Part shown: positions 31,857-40,929 of the stretch, one piece after another
How positions within the stretch are numbered: position 1 is the first letter of the stretch
Layout: the number at the start of each line of letters is the position of its first letter
Assembly: GCA_963667785.2 (NCBI GenBank)
Contig: CAXXMU010000005.1
Coordinates: 320,001 to 384,000 of the forward strand
DNA from: Alphaproteobacteria bacterium
GTDB lineage: Bacteria; Pseudomonadota; Alphaproteobacteria; UBA828
Length of the DNA: 64,000 nucleotides
Direction of reading: 5' to 3'
Program-made: the position numbers and the translations under genes
The notes under the pieces: generated by a model
What the model was told of the DNA's origin: nothing
What the model saw: the letters and a program-made list of their open reading frames with translations, nothing else
Database searches by the model: none

Positions 31857-33044
31857 ATGCCGAAGCGCAGTACCCTCAGACTGACCAAGCGGATTGTGGA
31901 CGGGCTCAAGGCCGACGGCAAGGACGCCATCTTCTGGGACCGCGACCTTGCCGGCTTCGGCGTGCGGGTGCATGCCACGGGACGCAAGCTCTATATCGTC
32001 CAGTCCAGAGGGCCGGCAGGCCTGAAGCGGATGACGCTCGGGCGGGTCGGCACCGGGACCATCGAGGACCGCCGGCGCGAGGCATCCGTCGTCATCGACC
32101 GCATTAAGCGGGGCGAGGACCCCAAGCCGTCGAAGCCGCCGCCACCGCCCACGGTCGCCGACCTGTCCGAACTCGTACTCAAGAACTACGTCGAGACGCG
32201 CTGCAAGCCGAGCACGGCCAAAAACTACCGAGTGTCGATCCGGAACCACATCTTGCCCGCCCTGGAGACGAAGGCGCTCGAGGATGTCGGGTCCGAGGAC
32301 CTCACGGCGCTCCACCACAAGCTGCGGGCGACACCGGCGGCGGCCAACCAGGCCATGTGAGTGCTGTCGAAGATGTTGTCGTTGGGCGAGAGCTGGGGGA
32401 TGGTGCCGCCCGGCCGCAAACCGGGCCGGCATGTCCGCCATTACCGCGGGAAGCCCCGCGAGCGCTTCCTGACCCCGGAGGAGTTCCGGCGGCTGGGGAC
32501 GGCGCTGAAGATGTTCGAAGCCAAGGGCTCGATGGTGCCCTCGGCGATCGCCGCGATCCGCCTGCTGATGCTCACCGGCTGCCGAACGGACGAGACCCTC
32601 ACCCTGAAATGGGATGACGTCGACCGCACGGCGCGGGTCTAGCGCTTGCGCGATTCGAAGACCGGACCGCGCATGGTGCCGCTGACCGGGCCGGTGCTCA
32701 AAGTGCTGGACGGCATCGAGCGGGCCAAAGGGGTTCCCTGGGTACTCCGGGGCACGAAGCCCGAGTCCCGGCTGGCCTGTCTTTCCTCGTATTGGCAGAG
32801 GATCAGGAGAGAGACTGGCCTCCACGATGTGCGCGTCCACGACCTGCGACACTCGTTCGGCAGCCACGCAGTGCTACAAGGCGTCCCGCTACCGATTATC
32901 TCCCGCCCGCTCGACCACAAGCGGTCGAGCATGACGCTGCGCTATGCCTATGTCGGCGACCGGGAGATCGAGGCAGCGGCGGAACGCATCGGAGCGGCTA
33001 TCGCGCGAGCATTGAATGGTAGCGCGACCAAATGCAATGCATAG
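31857..33044 (+). pseudogene. Tyrosine integrase pseudogene
   Basis: One frame interrupted by TGA 32358 and TAG 32640. Retains FWDRDLAGFGVRV, LTGCR, DSKTG and HDLRHSF; LGH has degenerated to LDH. Confidence 0.88.
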
Positions 33045-33324
33045 TGCGCACCATCAATCGGCGGTTCTATCGTCAAGACCTCGCTTAGTAGGGCGGATTT
33101 AGTTGATCGATATTCTAGACAAGGAACTACTTCTAAGGCTATGGAAGATTGTTGATCAACCGTCGCATTTCTTGCAGGTCTCTCAGGAATTAGAGGTACC
33201 GTCTTTCATTTCCGTGGAACCCACACGAGTTCGTAGTCTTTTGTAACTATTTGGACTTGATCCCAAAAGCGCGATAGTACTACAAAGGGACTATATTTCT
33301 AACAGTCGAACCGGAGAAGGATCG

Positions 33325-33981
33325 ATGCTGTCGATCGCGGAGGAAATTGTACTCCTGGCACTGGACGATGAGACCGGCAAGCTGAACACGCGGCTGCCGG
33401 TTCACTCTCTGCGCAACGCGGTCAGCGGCGCCCTGCTAATGGACCTCGCCTTCGAGAACCGCATCGACACCGACCTGCACCGCCTCATCGTCATCGACGC
33501 GGCGCCGCTTGGCGCGCCGGTCCTGGATGACGTTCTCGCGCAGATCGCCAGCGACGAGGAGGAGCGGGAGACAGGCCATTGGGTTCACCTGATCGCCGGC
33601 GAGTACGAGACGCTGCAGCCGCAATTGCTGGGTCGTCTGGTTGCACGTGGAATCCTGTCCCAGCAAGAGGGCAGGCTGTCCTGGCTTATTGGCGTCCGTC
33701 GCTATCCGACCGTCGACGATCGTCCCCAGCGCGATGTGAAGCAGCGGATCATGGACACACTGCTGAGCGACGTGATCCCCGACCCACGCGACATCGCCAT
33801 CATCTGCCTGGCCGACGCCTGTGCCCTGTGGCGCGGCGTGATCGACGAGCGCGAGCTGGCCGATGCCAAGCCCAGAATCGAGCAGATCGTCAAGATGGAC
33901 CTGATTGGCCAGTCGGTCACCCGCACGATTCGCGAACTGCAGGACGCCACGCGCGGTGAAGAGGCCAAGTGGTTTCGCTGA
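33325..33981 (+). CDS. GPP34 (GOLPH3/Vps74-like) family protein
   Basis: LSIAEEIVLLALDDETG, GALLMDLAFENRIDTD, RLVARGIL, RRYP, IPDPRD, with a good RBS. Confidence 0.8.
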   Translation: MLSIAEEIVLLALDDETGKLNTRLPVHSLRNAVSGALLMDLAFENRIDTDLHRLIVIDAAPLGAPVLDDVLAQIASDEEERETGHWVHLIAGEYETLQPQLLGRLVARGILSQQEGRLSWLIGVRRYPTVDDRPQRDVKQRIMDTLLSDVIPDPRDIAIICLADACALWRGVIDERELADAKPRIEQIVKMDLIGQSVTRTIRELQDATRGEEAKWFR

Positions 33982-33993
33982 CCCACGTTCCGT

Positions 33994-34938
33994 TCAGACC
34001 ACCCATTGCAAGAGGAAGGCCACGGCGACGCTGACGGCGAGGCCGATGAAGCCCTTGAAGGCGTCCTTGACGACGATCATCGTGGTCTCGCGGTTCGACC
34101 GCAGGTGCGTGTCCAGCGCCACGGCGAACTCGCGGCCGGCCAGCAGGCCGAGGAACACCCAGGTGGTGCTCATGGGCACATTGCTCAGCTCCTTGAAGAA
34201 GAACAGGATGAGCCCGTAGATCAAGTCGATTATCGTCGCCGAGCGGATGTCCTGGGTGTTGATCTTGGTGGTGACGATGCGCTGGATCTCTCCGCCGCGC
34301 CGGTAGAAAATCCAGGCGTGCAGCACCACCATCACACCGATGACCATGATCAGCATTTCGGGCCCCAGCGAGCGGGGCAGATAGACCACGATATTGGCGA
34401 GGTCCTGGACCAGCCACTGGCTCCACAGGAACGCGGTGGAAAGCCATTGCAGCACCACCCAGTATGGTGCCGGTGGGCGGCTTGATGTCTCGATAAACCG
34501 GCGCTCGACGACGCGGGTTACGAACTTGTACACCAAGTAACCGACGACCGCGGCCACCGCATAGCCCAGGAGGGACTTGGTGAGCATGCTGGTCAGCCCG
34601 CGCGGGTTGAAGGCGGTCAGGACCAGAAACGTCGTGCTGACGGGGATACCGAGGCGCGTGAGACCGAGGATCACCAATGGCGGAATTATCATCCACCAGG
34701 CGTGGGTCTCGATCTCGGGGATTTTCGACAGCCGGCCGTAGGCCACATCGCCGTCATTCATGAAATAGCCGTATAGAAACACGGCAACGAGGATGCTGCT
34801 TGCGTATAGCCACAGAATCCACCAGGGCCGACGGGCGTTCGAGGCGAGAAACGTGCCCAGGGTTTGAATCGCGTCGTTGGCGACCACTGCATATGCCGCT
34901 AGCAAGAAGCCGACGTACATGTAGATTTCAGTGGTCAT
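33994..34938 (-). CDS. Multi-TM membrane protein, distant PiT-like transporter
   Basis: VANDAIQT and VQDLAN pseudo-repeat, with paired IPVSTTF / VPMSTTW motifs. Confidence 0.6.
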   Translation of the reverse strand: MTTEIYMYVGFLLAAYAVVANDAIQTLGTFLASNARRPWWILWLYASSILVAVFLYGYFMNDGDVAYGRLSKIPEIETHAWWMIIPPLVILGLTRLGIPVSTTFLVLTAFNPRGLTSMLTKSLLGYAVAAVVGYLVYKFVTRVVERRFIETSSRPPAPYWVVLQWLSTAFLWSQWLVQDLANIVVYLPRSLGPEMLIMVIGVMVVLHAWIFYRRGGEIQRIVTTKINTQDIRSATIIDLIYGLILFFFKELSNVPMSTTWVFLGLLAGREFAVALDTHLRSNRETTMIVVKDAFKGFIGLAVSVAVAFLLQWVV

Positions 34939-34961
34939 GGCAGGTTTGGCCGCGAACGCGG

Positions 34962-35801
34962 TTAACTGGCGGCTCTTCCCAGGAGTCGTCGCAAGGCGCG
35001 CCGGGAGTGGGCAGAGAACAGGGCGGCGCTGCCGAGGACGAGCGCGAAGAGAACCAGCGCCGCCACCACGATCGAGGGACCTGAGGGCGTGTCCCAAACG
35101 AGGGAGCCGTGAAGCCCGCCTGCCACCGACACTGCCCCGATCACGCTCGCAAACAACGCCATCTGCTCGGGCGTACGCGCCAGCCGTCGCGCCGTCGCCG
35201 CCGGAATGATCAGGAGCGACACGATAAGGAGCAGACCGATGATCTTCATGGCGATCGCCACGGCGAGCGCGATCAGTAGCGTGAAGGCGATGCGGACGAG
35301 GCCGACCCGCACGCCCTCGGCCCGCGCGAGTTCTTCATGGACGGTGATGGCCAGCAGAGGCCGCCAGATCAGCGCTGTCGCGATGAGGACGGCTCCGCCG
35401 CCGCCGTAGATCCAGATCAGATCGCGGCCGCTGACCGCCAGGATGTCGCCGAACAGGTAGCTCATCAGGTCCACCCGCACGCTCTCGAAGAAGCTGATCC
35501 CGACGAGGCCGACGGCGAGCGCGCCGTGCGCGAGGATGCCGAGCAGCGTATCCGTGGCCAGTCGCCGCTGCCGCTCCAACAGCAGAAACAGCAGGGCGAG
35601 CGCGACACAGGTGAGGATGATGCCAACATTGATGTCGATGCTCAGCGCAATACCGAGGACGACGCCGAGCAGCGCGCTGTGGGCGATCGAAGCTCCGAAG
35701 TAGGACATACGCCGCCACACGATGAAGCAGCCGAGCGGCCCGGTGGCGAGCGCTACGCCGATGCCGCCGGCAAGCGCGCGCGCGAAGAAGTCGTCGAACA
35801 C
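34962..35801 (-). CDS. znuB: Zinc ABC permease
   Basis: GPLGCFIVWRRMSYFG, DTLLGILAH, DLMSYLFGDILAV, DTPSGPSIVV. Confidence 0.9.
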   Translation of the reverse strand: MFDDFFARALAGGIGVALATGPLGCFIVWRRMSYFGASIAHSALLGVVLGIALSIDINVGIILTCVALALLFLLLERQRRLATDTLLGILAHGALAVGLVGISFFESVRVDLMSYLFGDILAVSGRDLIWIYGGGGAVLIATALIWRPLLAITVHEELARAEGVRVGLVRIAFTLLIALAVAIAMKIIGLLLIVSLLIIPAATARRLARTPEQMALFASVIGAVSVAGGLHGSLVWDTPSGPSIVVAALVLFALVLGSAALFSAHSRRALRRLLGRAAS

Positions 35802-35810
35802 CGCGTGTCC

Positions 35811-36620
35811 TTAGCCGGCCTCGCCTGACGGCGAACCGGTGCTGGAATGGCCACGGTCGGCCGGAACCACCGAAACGGGGAGGCCGTGAGTATGGTCGTG
35901 CTCGTGGGTGTAGACAGCGACCGCGGCAGCGGCATGGGGACCGAACAGAGAAATGTATTCGGGATGCCGGCTCACCGCCTCTGGCTCGCCGGCGCAGCAG
36001 ACATGCCCGTTGATGCAGACCACCCGGTCGGTCGCGCCCAGCACCAGGTGAAGGTCGTGGGAAATGATCAACACGCCGCATCCGCGGCGGTCGCGCAGCC
36101 GGGCGATCAATTGATGCATCGCCAGTTGACCCGCGAAATCCACCTGCTGGACCGGTTCGTCCAACACCAGCAGGTCGGAATTGCGCAGCAGGGCGCGGGC
36201 TAGCAGGACACGCCTGTATTCGCCGCCGGAGAGGCTGCTGAGCTGGCGCTCCATCACCTCCGCCACTCCTACCTCGTCGAGAGTCGCTTCGGCCTCGGCG
36301 CGGCCGCCGCGCCCCGCCATCGCGAGGAAACGCCGGACGGTGAGCGGCAGCAGTTCCTCCGGCGCGATGCGTTGGGGGACGTACCCCACGATCAAGCCGG
36401 GCGCGTGGCGGACAGACCCCGAGTCCGGCTTGATAAGTCCGAGCAAGGCGCGCACAGCGGTGGTCTTGCCTGCGCCGTTCGGGCCGATCAGGCTCAGCAC
36501 CTCCCGCCGGCGAACCTCGATCGAGACCCGGTCCAGCACCGTGCGATCCCCGTAATGCACGATGAGGTCCTGGCCTGAGGCGAGCAGCGGCTCGGAGGCA
36601 GGGTCAGGCCCCTGGTTCAT
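35811..36620 (-). CDS. znuC: Zinc ABC ATPase
   Basis: GPNGAGKT, LSGGE, SHDLHLV, CINGHVCCAGEPE, and the YTHEHDHTH tail. Confidence 0.9.
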   Translation of the reverse strand: MNQGPDPASEPLLASGQDLIVHYGDRTVLDRVSIEVRRREVLSLIGPNGAGKTTAVRALLGLIKPDSGSVRHAPGLIVGYVPQRIAPEELLPLTVRRFLAMAGRGGRAEAEATLDEVGVAEVMERQLSSLSGGEYRRVLLARALLRNSDLLVLDEPVQQVDFAGQLAMHQLIARLRDRRGCGVLIISHDLHLVLGATDRVVCINGHVCCAGEPEAVSRHPEYISLFGPHAAAAVAVYTHEHDHTHGLPVSVVPADRGHSSTGSPSGEAG

Positions 36621-36850
36621 GCGGTCGGCGGATGCATCGCGCCATGAGGGAAACTGCCTCACGGCCCGGTCATCGCCATGCGCGGTCGCCCTAGGGCCGG
36701 AACTCGATCCCCTTCGCCACATGCGCGGATGACGGGCGCGCCCTTGCGCGGCGTTGCTCCACATGCAATCGCCGACCTCCGCTCGAAGTGGCTTTCATCG
36801 CCGGTGCTTGCCATGTCGAGCGCTTCCCCCTCGCGACCGCCTGGATTCGA

Positions 36851-37339
36851 TCAGAAGAATACCATCAGCAGCATGATCCCGGCCGCTCCCCCCACGATGA
36901 AGGCGACGGTGCTGATAATGCCGGTTAGCGTTGCCCAGTCGGCCATCTGCCACGTTCGGGCTTCCACGTTGAACATGACGTCGGAGCGATCGCTGTCGCC
37001 GTCGACGAAGCGCTTCAGCGCGGATTCGGCGCCGTGGGCTTCCTTGATGGAGACGATGGTGACCAGGAACATGGTTAGCGCCGCCGTCAACGTGCCGATA
37101 CCGAACACCAGTATGGTCAACACTGCGAGCCAATGGAAAATGCCTTCAGTGTCGGTGCCCGTCGTGCTCATGAAGCCGATGATGAGGGCGGTGGCGCCGG
37201 CATTGCCGAACAGCAGGAAGCGCGTCGACTCGAGGATCATCCGGAACATGATGTTCCGGCGCATCGAGACGACCTTGTACCCTTCGCGGAGCCACTCCTC
37301 GCCGGTCTCCTCTAACGTGAAGTCTTCGAGTTTCTTCAC
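36851..37339 (-). CDS. Hypothetical 3-TM membrane protein
   Basis: Three hydrophobic segments. GTGA overlap with the upstream SBP stop. Confidence 0.65.
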   Translation of the reverse strand: MKKLEDFTLEETGEEWLREGYKVVSMRRNIMFRMILESTRFLLFGNAGATALIIGFMSTTGTDTEGIFHWLAVLTILVFGIGTLTAALTMFLVTIVSIKEAHGAESALKRFVDGDSDRSDVMFNVEARTWQMADWATLTGIISTVAFIVGGAAGIMLLMVFF

Positions 37340-38568
37340 TCGCCGGTCTCCCTCGTGCGCACGGAACCGACAATATGCTCTAACCGAACGTAGTCTGACC
37401 CGACGTTCGCGCCTTCATGGAAGACGATCACCCAGTCGTCGATGTGGACGGGGGTCGGCGCCAGCGCCGCTTCCAGGAATGCTTCCCGAGTGAGCTCCTC
37501 TGGCATTCGCTCCAACACGTCGATGAGGAAGCGACCCAGGATGTAGCCTCTGAGCGACAGCGAATCCGCCTCGCGCTCTCTGGCCGCCGGTTCGGCCTCC
37601 CTGTAGGCGTCGAGGGTTGCGCGGAAACGCTTCAGCAGCGCGACGTTGTTATCTCCGAGGTCCGGCGTAACTCTTGTCGCTAGCACCAGCGCATCCTGGT
37701 CATTTACCAACTCCCTCAAACGCTCCATGCTTATGAAGGACAGAGTCGCCATGACGTAGCCATGGCCGAGAGTCGTTGCCGTATTGATCAATTCGGCTAC
37801 TACCCCAGAAGTCGCTGCGAACATCACCACGTCCAAGTCGGCCTTGGCCATGACAAACGCGGCCCCATGAACGGCATGGGTATTCCGCGAATAGGAAGAC
37901 TTGGCGAGGATGGGCAGGTCGAGGGCGGTCAGTGCGTCATGGAAGTGCTTCAGAATCGAGCGGCCGAACGCGTCGTCCTGATAAATGATGCCAAACCGGC
38001 GAGCTCGCTCATGGTCGTACAAGTGGTTGACCAACAATTGTACTTCCTCTCGGTAGCCGGCGTGAAGATTGACCACGTTCGGGTTTCGCTCGGCGTCCCT
38101 CAGGAATTCCGCTCCGCTGAAAGGACCGACGAAGGGCATCATCGCCGAACGGAAAATGGGCAGCATGCGTTTGGCAGTCGGCGTTCCGACGCTGCCTATA
38201 ACCGCGAAAACCTCGTTTTCGACGACGAACTGTCTCGCGTTGGCTACAGCGGGATTCGGTTCGTAGCCGTCATCTCGCGTTACGAGCTTCAACTGTCTGC
38301 CGTGTACACCTCCTTCGGCGTTTCTTTCGTGAAAGGCGGCGAGTAGGCCGGCGCGATACTGACGGCCGCCGTGCTCGCCGGGACCCGAGAGGGGGGCGCT
38401 CTGACCGAAAGTGATGGCGTCTTCGGTCACTCCCGGCGCAGCTGCGGCAGGTGCGGCGCACCATGCTGCGCCGACGACGAGCGCGACGGCGAGCGCCGCG
38501 AGACACTTGCCCATCGGTGGCACCGTCCTCCCTGCCTTCATCCTCTCCTGCCGCCGAGTGCGATTCAC
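37336..38568 (-). CDS. LivJ-type (type I) periplasmic binding protein
   Basis: Signal peptide, GVTEDAITFGQSAPLSGP, GGVHGRQLKL..RDDGYEP, VGTPT, YQDDAFG. The true start may be ATG 38541. Confidence 0.85.
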   Translation of the reverse strand: MNRTRRQERMKAGRTVPPMGKCLAALAVALVVGAAWCAAPAAAAPGVTEDAITFGQSAPLSGPGEHGGRQYRAGLLAAFHERNAEGGVHGRQLKLVTRDDGYEPNPAVANARQFVVENEVFAVIGSVGTPTAKRMLPIFRSAMMPFVGPFSGAEFLRDAERNPNVVNLHAGYREEVQLLVNHLYDHERARRFGIIYQDDAFGRSILKHFHDALTALDLPILAKSSYSRNTHAVHGAAFVMAKADLDVVMFAATSGVVAELINTATTLGHGYVMATLSFISMERLRELVNDQDALVLATRVTPDLGDNNVALLKRFRATLDAYREAEPAAREREADSLSLRGYILGRFLIDVLERMPEELTREAFLEAALAPTPVHIDDWVIVFHEGANVGSDYVRLEHIVGSVRTRETGE

Positions 38569-39956
38569 TGCGCGGCCTCCACGCCCGTCTCCGCCGGTGC
38601 CTCAGCGTCAGCCTTCTTTTTCTTCTCTTCCGTTCCGGTCTTCGACACGTCCTGAGCGCTTCCGCTCTCGGCCCCTTCGTCGACGACGGTCCGGTCCACC
38701 ATGGGAGGCTCGTTCGCTTCCGCCGCCGCGGCGACGCTCGTCAGGGGAGCATGGCGATGGTCGAAGATCGAAAGATCATCGAAGATCAACGAACGCGGAT
38801 TGGCGATCGTCATGTGGTCGCGTTCGCTCAGGCGAGTGTGAAGCCGTCCGTCGAGGAGGAAACGATCCGCTTCAACAGCTTCCAGACCGTGCGCGCCCGA
38901 CTCGCTCGCAGTCGTGATCGACGTCCGCGCGCCGGCCAGATTCTCCGTAGGAACGGAGGCCGTCGTCGTCGGCGCCGGCCCGCGCCCGATGCCGGGATGT
39001 ATCCCTTCGATCATGTTGACGTCGATCACCGACGTGTCGCCGGGGTTCACGGCCGAGAGTGTGGCATCGCGGAAGATGCTACGCATGCGCTGCCAGTATC
39101 GCGTGATTGTCACGGAGGCCGGCTCGCTTCGATAGGCCGCCAGCAGATCCAGGAATGCCCCCGCGCTGCTCTCTGCTTGAATCCGCCGTTCCCTTGCCCT
39201 GGCCGTCGCATCCATCAATACCGCCTCGGCTTGGCCCCGGCTTCGGGCCAGGAGTCTCTCCCTCTCGCGATTGGCGTGGCTGACGGCCTGAACGCTCTCG
39301 GCGATGGCGTCGCTCACATCGCGGAAGGCGGCAACGGTCTCGTCGATGGGGCGAAGATCGACGATGTTGAGCGCCAGCAGCTCGATGCCGATGTCGTTGG
39401 CATCGAGGTAGTCCAGGGTGTCCGTGTGCAGCTCGGCCTGAATCGCGTCACGATTGTTGGTGAAGATGAGATCGATGAAGTGCCGGCCCATGATCTCGAT
39501 CAGGCGCTCTCGCACGATGACCCGCAACACCGTTTCGGGATCGGTGGTCGCGTACAGGTAGTTCCTCAGATGGCCGATCCTGTATTGCAGGGCCACGTTC
39601 ACTTCGAACAGGTTCGTGTCTCCCGAGAGGATGGAGAAGCTGACGCTGCCGTCGCCGCCCTGCGAGGCCACGTTGTCACGCGTGATGCGCTTGACCTTGC
39701 GCACGTAAGCCCTTTCGACGACTGGAACCGCATAATGAATTCCGGGTGGGATCTCCTCGTCCACCACCTTGCCGAAGCGTGTCAGGACCCCCTGTTCCTC
39801 CTTCTTCACGACATAGATGCCGGTCGCCAGGACCGCGATGATCGTGATGGCGGCCAGCGCCACCAGGATCAGCACCCTGTGATCCCGCACGTAGTCGAAG
39901 GTCGCGTAGATGACGCGCGTGCTCGGTGGGAGACTCTCGGTGGTGGGTTCCGACAT
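38565..39956 (-). CDS. hflK: HflK-like SPFH protein with long C-terminal extension
   Basis: TM then TGIYVVKKEEQGVLTRFGK, PGIHY..P, ILSGDTNL, AAFRDV, RSRGQAE, and FLDLLAAYRSEP. Confidence 0.75.
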   Translation of the reverse strand: MSEPTTESLPPSTRVIYATFDYVRDHRVLILVALAAITIIAVLATGIYVVKKEEQGVLTRFGKVVDEEIPPGIHYAVPVVERAYVRKVKRITRDNVASQGGDGSVSFSILSGDTNLFEVNVALQYRIGHLRNYLYATTDPETVLRVIVRERLIEIMGRHFIDLIFTNNRDAIQAELHTDTLDYLDANDIGIELLALNIVDLRPIDETVAAFRDVSDAIAESVQAVSHANRERERLLARSRGQAEAVLMDATARARERRIQAESSAGAFLDLLAAYRSEPASVTITRYWQRMRSIFRDATLSAVNPGDTSVIDVNMIEGIHPGIGRGPAPTTTASVPTENLAGARTSITTASESGAHGLEAVEADRFLLDGRLHTRLSERDHMTIANPRSLIFDDLSIFDHRHAPLTSVAAAAEANEPPMVDRTVVDEGAESGSAQDVSKTGTEEKKKKADAEAPAETGVEAAQ

Positions 39957-39968
39957 GATCCCGTCTCG

Positions 39969-40871
39969 CTACTGCGATTCCGGCGCCGGTATTTCGTTGC
40001 TGTCGAGATACTTGAAGAGTTCGTTGTCGGCCGGCAGCATCAGCGTGGTGTTCTGGTCGATGATCGAATCGTAGCTGTCGAGCGCGCGGATGAACTTGTA
40101 GAAGTCCGGGTCCTCGCGATACGCGGTGGCGAGAGTCGCCATGGCGTCGGCTTCGGCCCGGCCGAGGATGGTGGTCGCCTCGGCGTGGGCGTGCGCCATG
40201 ATTTTCTCGTGCTCGTTGATGGCGTGCGCCTCGATCCGCATGGCCTGCTCTTCGCCTTCGCTGCGATAGCGGGCGGCGATGCGGGCACGCTCGGAGATCA
40301 TCCGCTGGATGATGCTGGGCCGGTTTGCCGCCGGCAGCGTGTACTCGACGAGGCCCGCGCGGATGACGTCGATACCATAGTCCGCGGCGGCAATGGGCTT
40401 GACCTGGTCGAGTATCTCCCGGGACGCGATGGTGAGGTCTTCGTTCGCCAGTCCGAGGCTCACGAAGGCGTCGCGGGACTTGTTGCTCACCACGATGCCG
40501 ACACTCGCCCGATACAGATCGCCCAGCCGCTCGATAGCCCTGGCCTCGGTTCGGACGGATTCCACGTAGCGAATGGGGTCGGTAATGCGCCACAGCAGGT
40601 AGCCGTCCACCAGAACGTTCTTCTGGTCCTCGGTTATGAACTCCTGCGTGAGGCCGGTCAGCGGGCGCACGCGCCTGTCCACCTTGTACACCCGTGAGAT
40701 GGGCCACGGGTACTTGGCGTGCAGGCCGGGCTCCTTCGGCGGCTCAGTAATCTTGCCGAAGTGGGTGAGAACGCCCTGTTCCGATTCGTCGATGACGTAG
40801 AGACAGTCGTAGACGACGATGGCCACGAACAGGATTGCGATGGCTGCCGCTACTCGCTTCTTCGTTATCAT
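39969..40871 (-). CDS. hflC: HflC-like SPFH protein
   Basis: EPGLHAKYPWP, ITEDQKNVLVD, RMISERARIAARYRSEGEE, DPDFYKFIRALDSY. Confidence 0.8.
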   Translation of the reverse strand: MITKKRVAAAIAILFVAIVVYDCLYVIDESEQGVLTHFGKITEPPKEPGLHAKYPWPISRVYKVDRRVRPLTGLTQEFITEDQKNVLVDGYLLWRITDPIRYVESVRTEARAIERLGDLYRASVGIVVSNKSRDAFVSLGLANEDLTIASREILDQVKPIAAADYGIDVIRAGLVEYTLPAANRPSIIQRMISERARIAARYRSEGEEQAMRIEAHAINEHEKIMAHAHAEATTILGRAEADAMATLATAYREDPDFYKFIRALDSYDSIIDQNTTLMLPADNELFKYLDSNEIPAPESQ

Positions 40872-40929
40872 GGCTGGCTTCCCATCGTTCCGTTCGCGGA
40901 GGCGCTCCGACGCGTGATCGGCGTCCGTC

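Noticed and set aside
33100-33270. TTGAT half-sites as possible FNR/FixK boxes
   Set aside because: None has the TTGAT-N4-ATCAA spacing.
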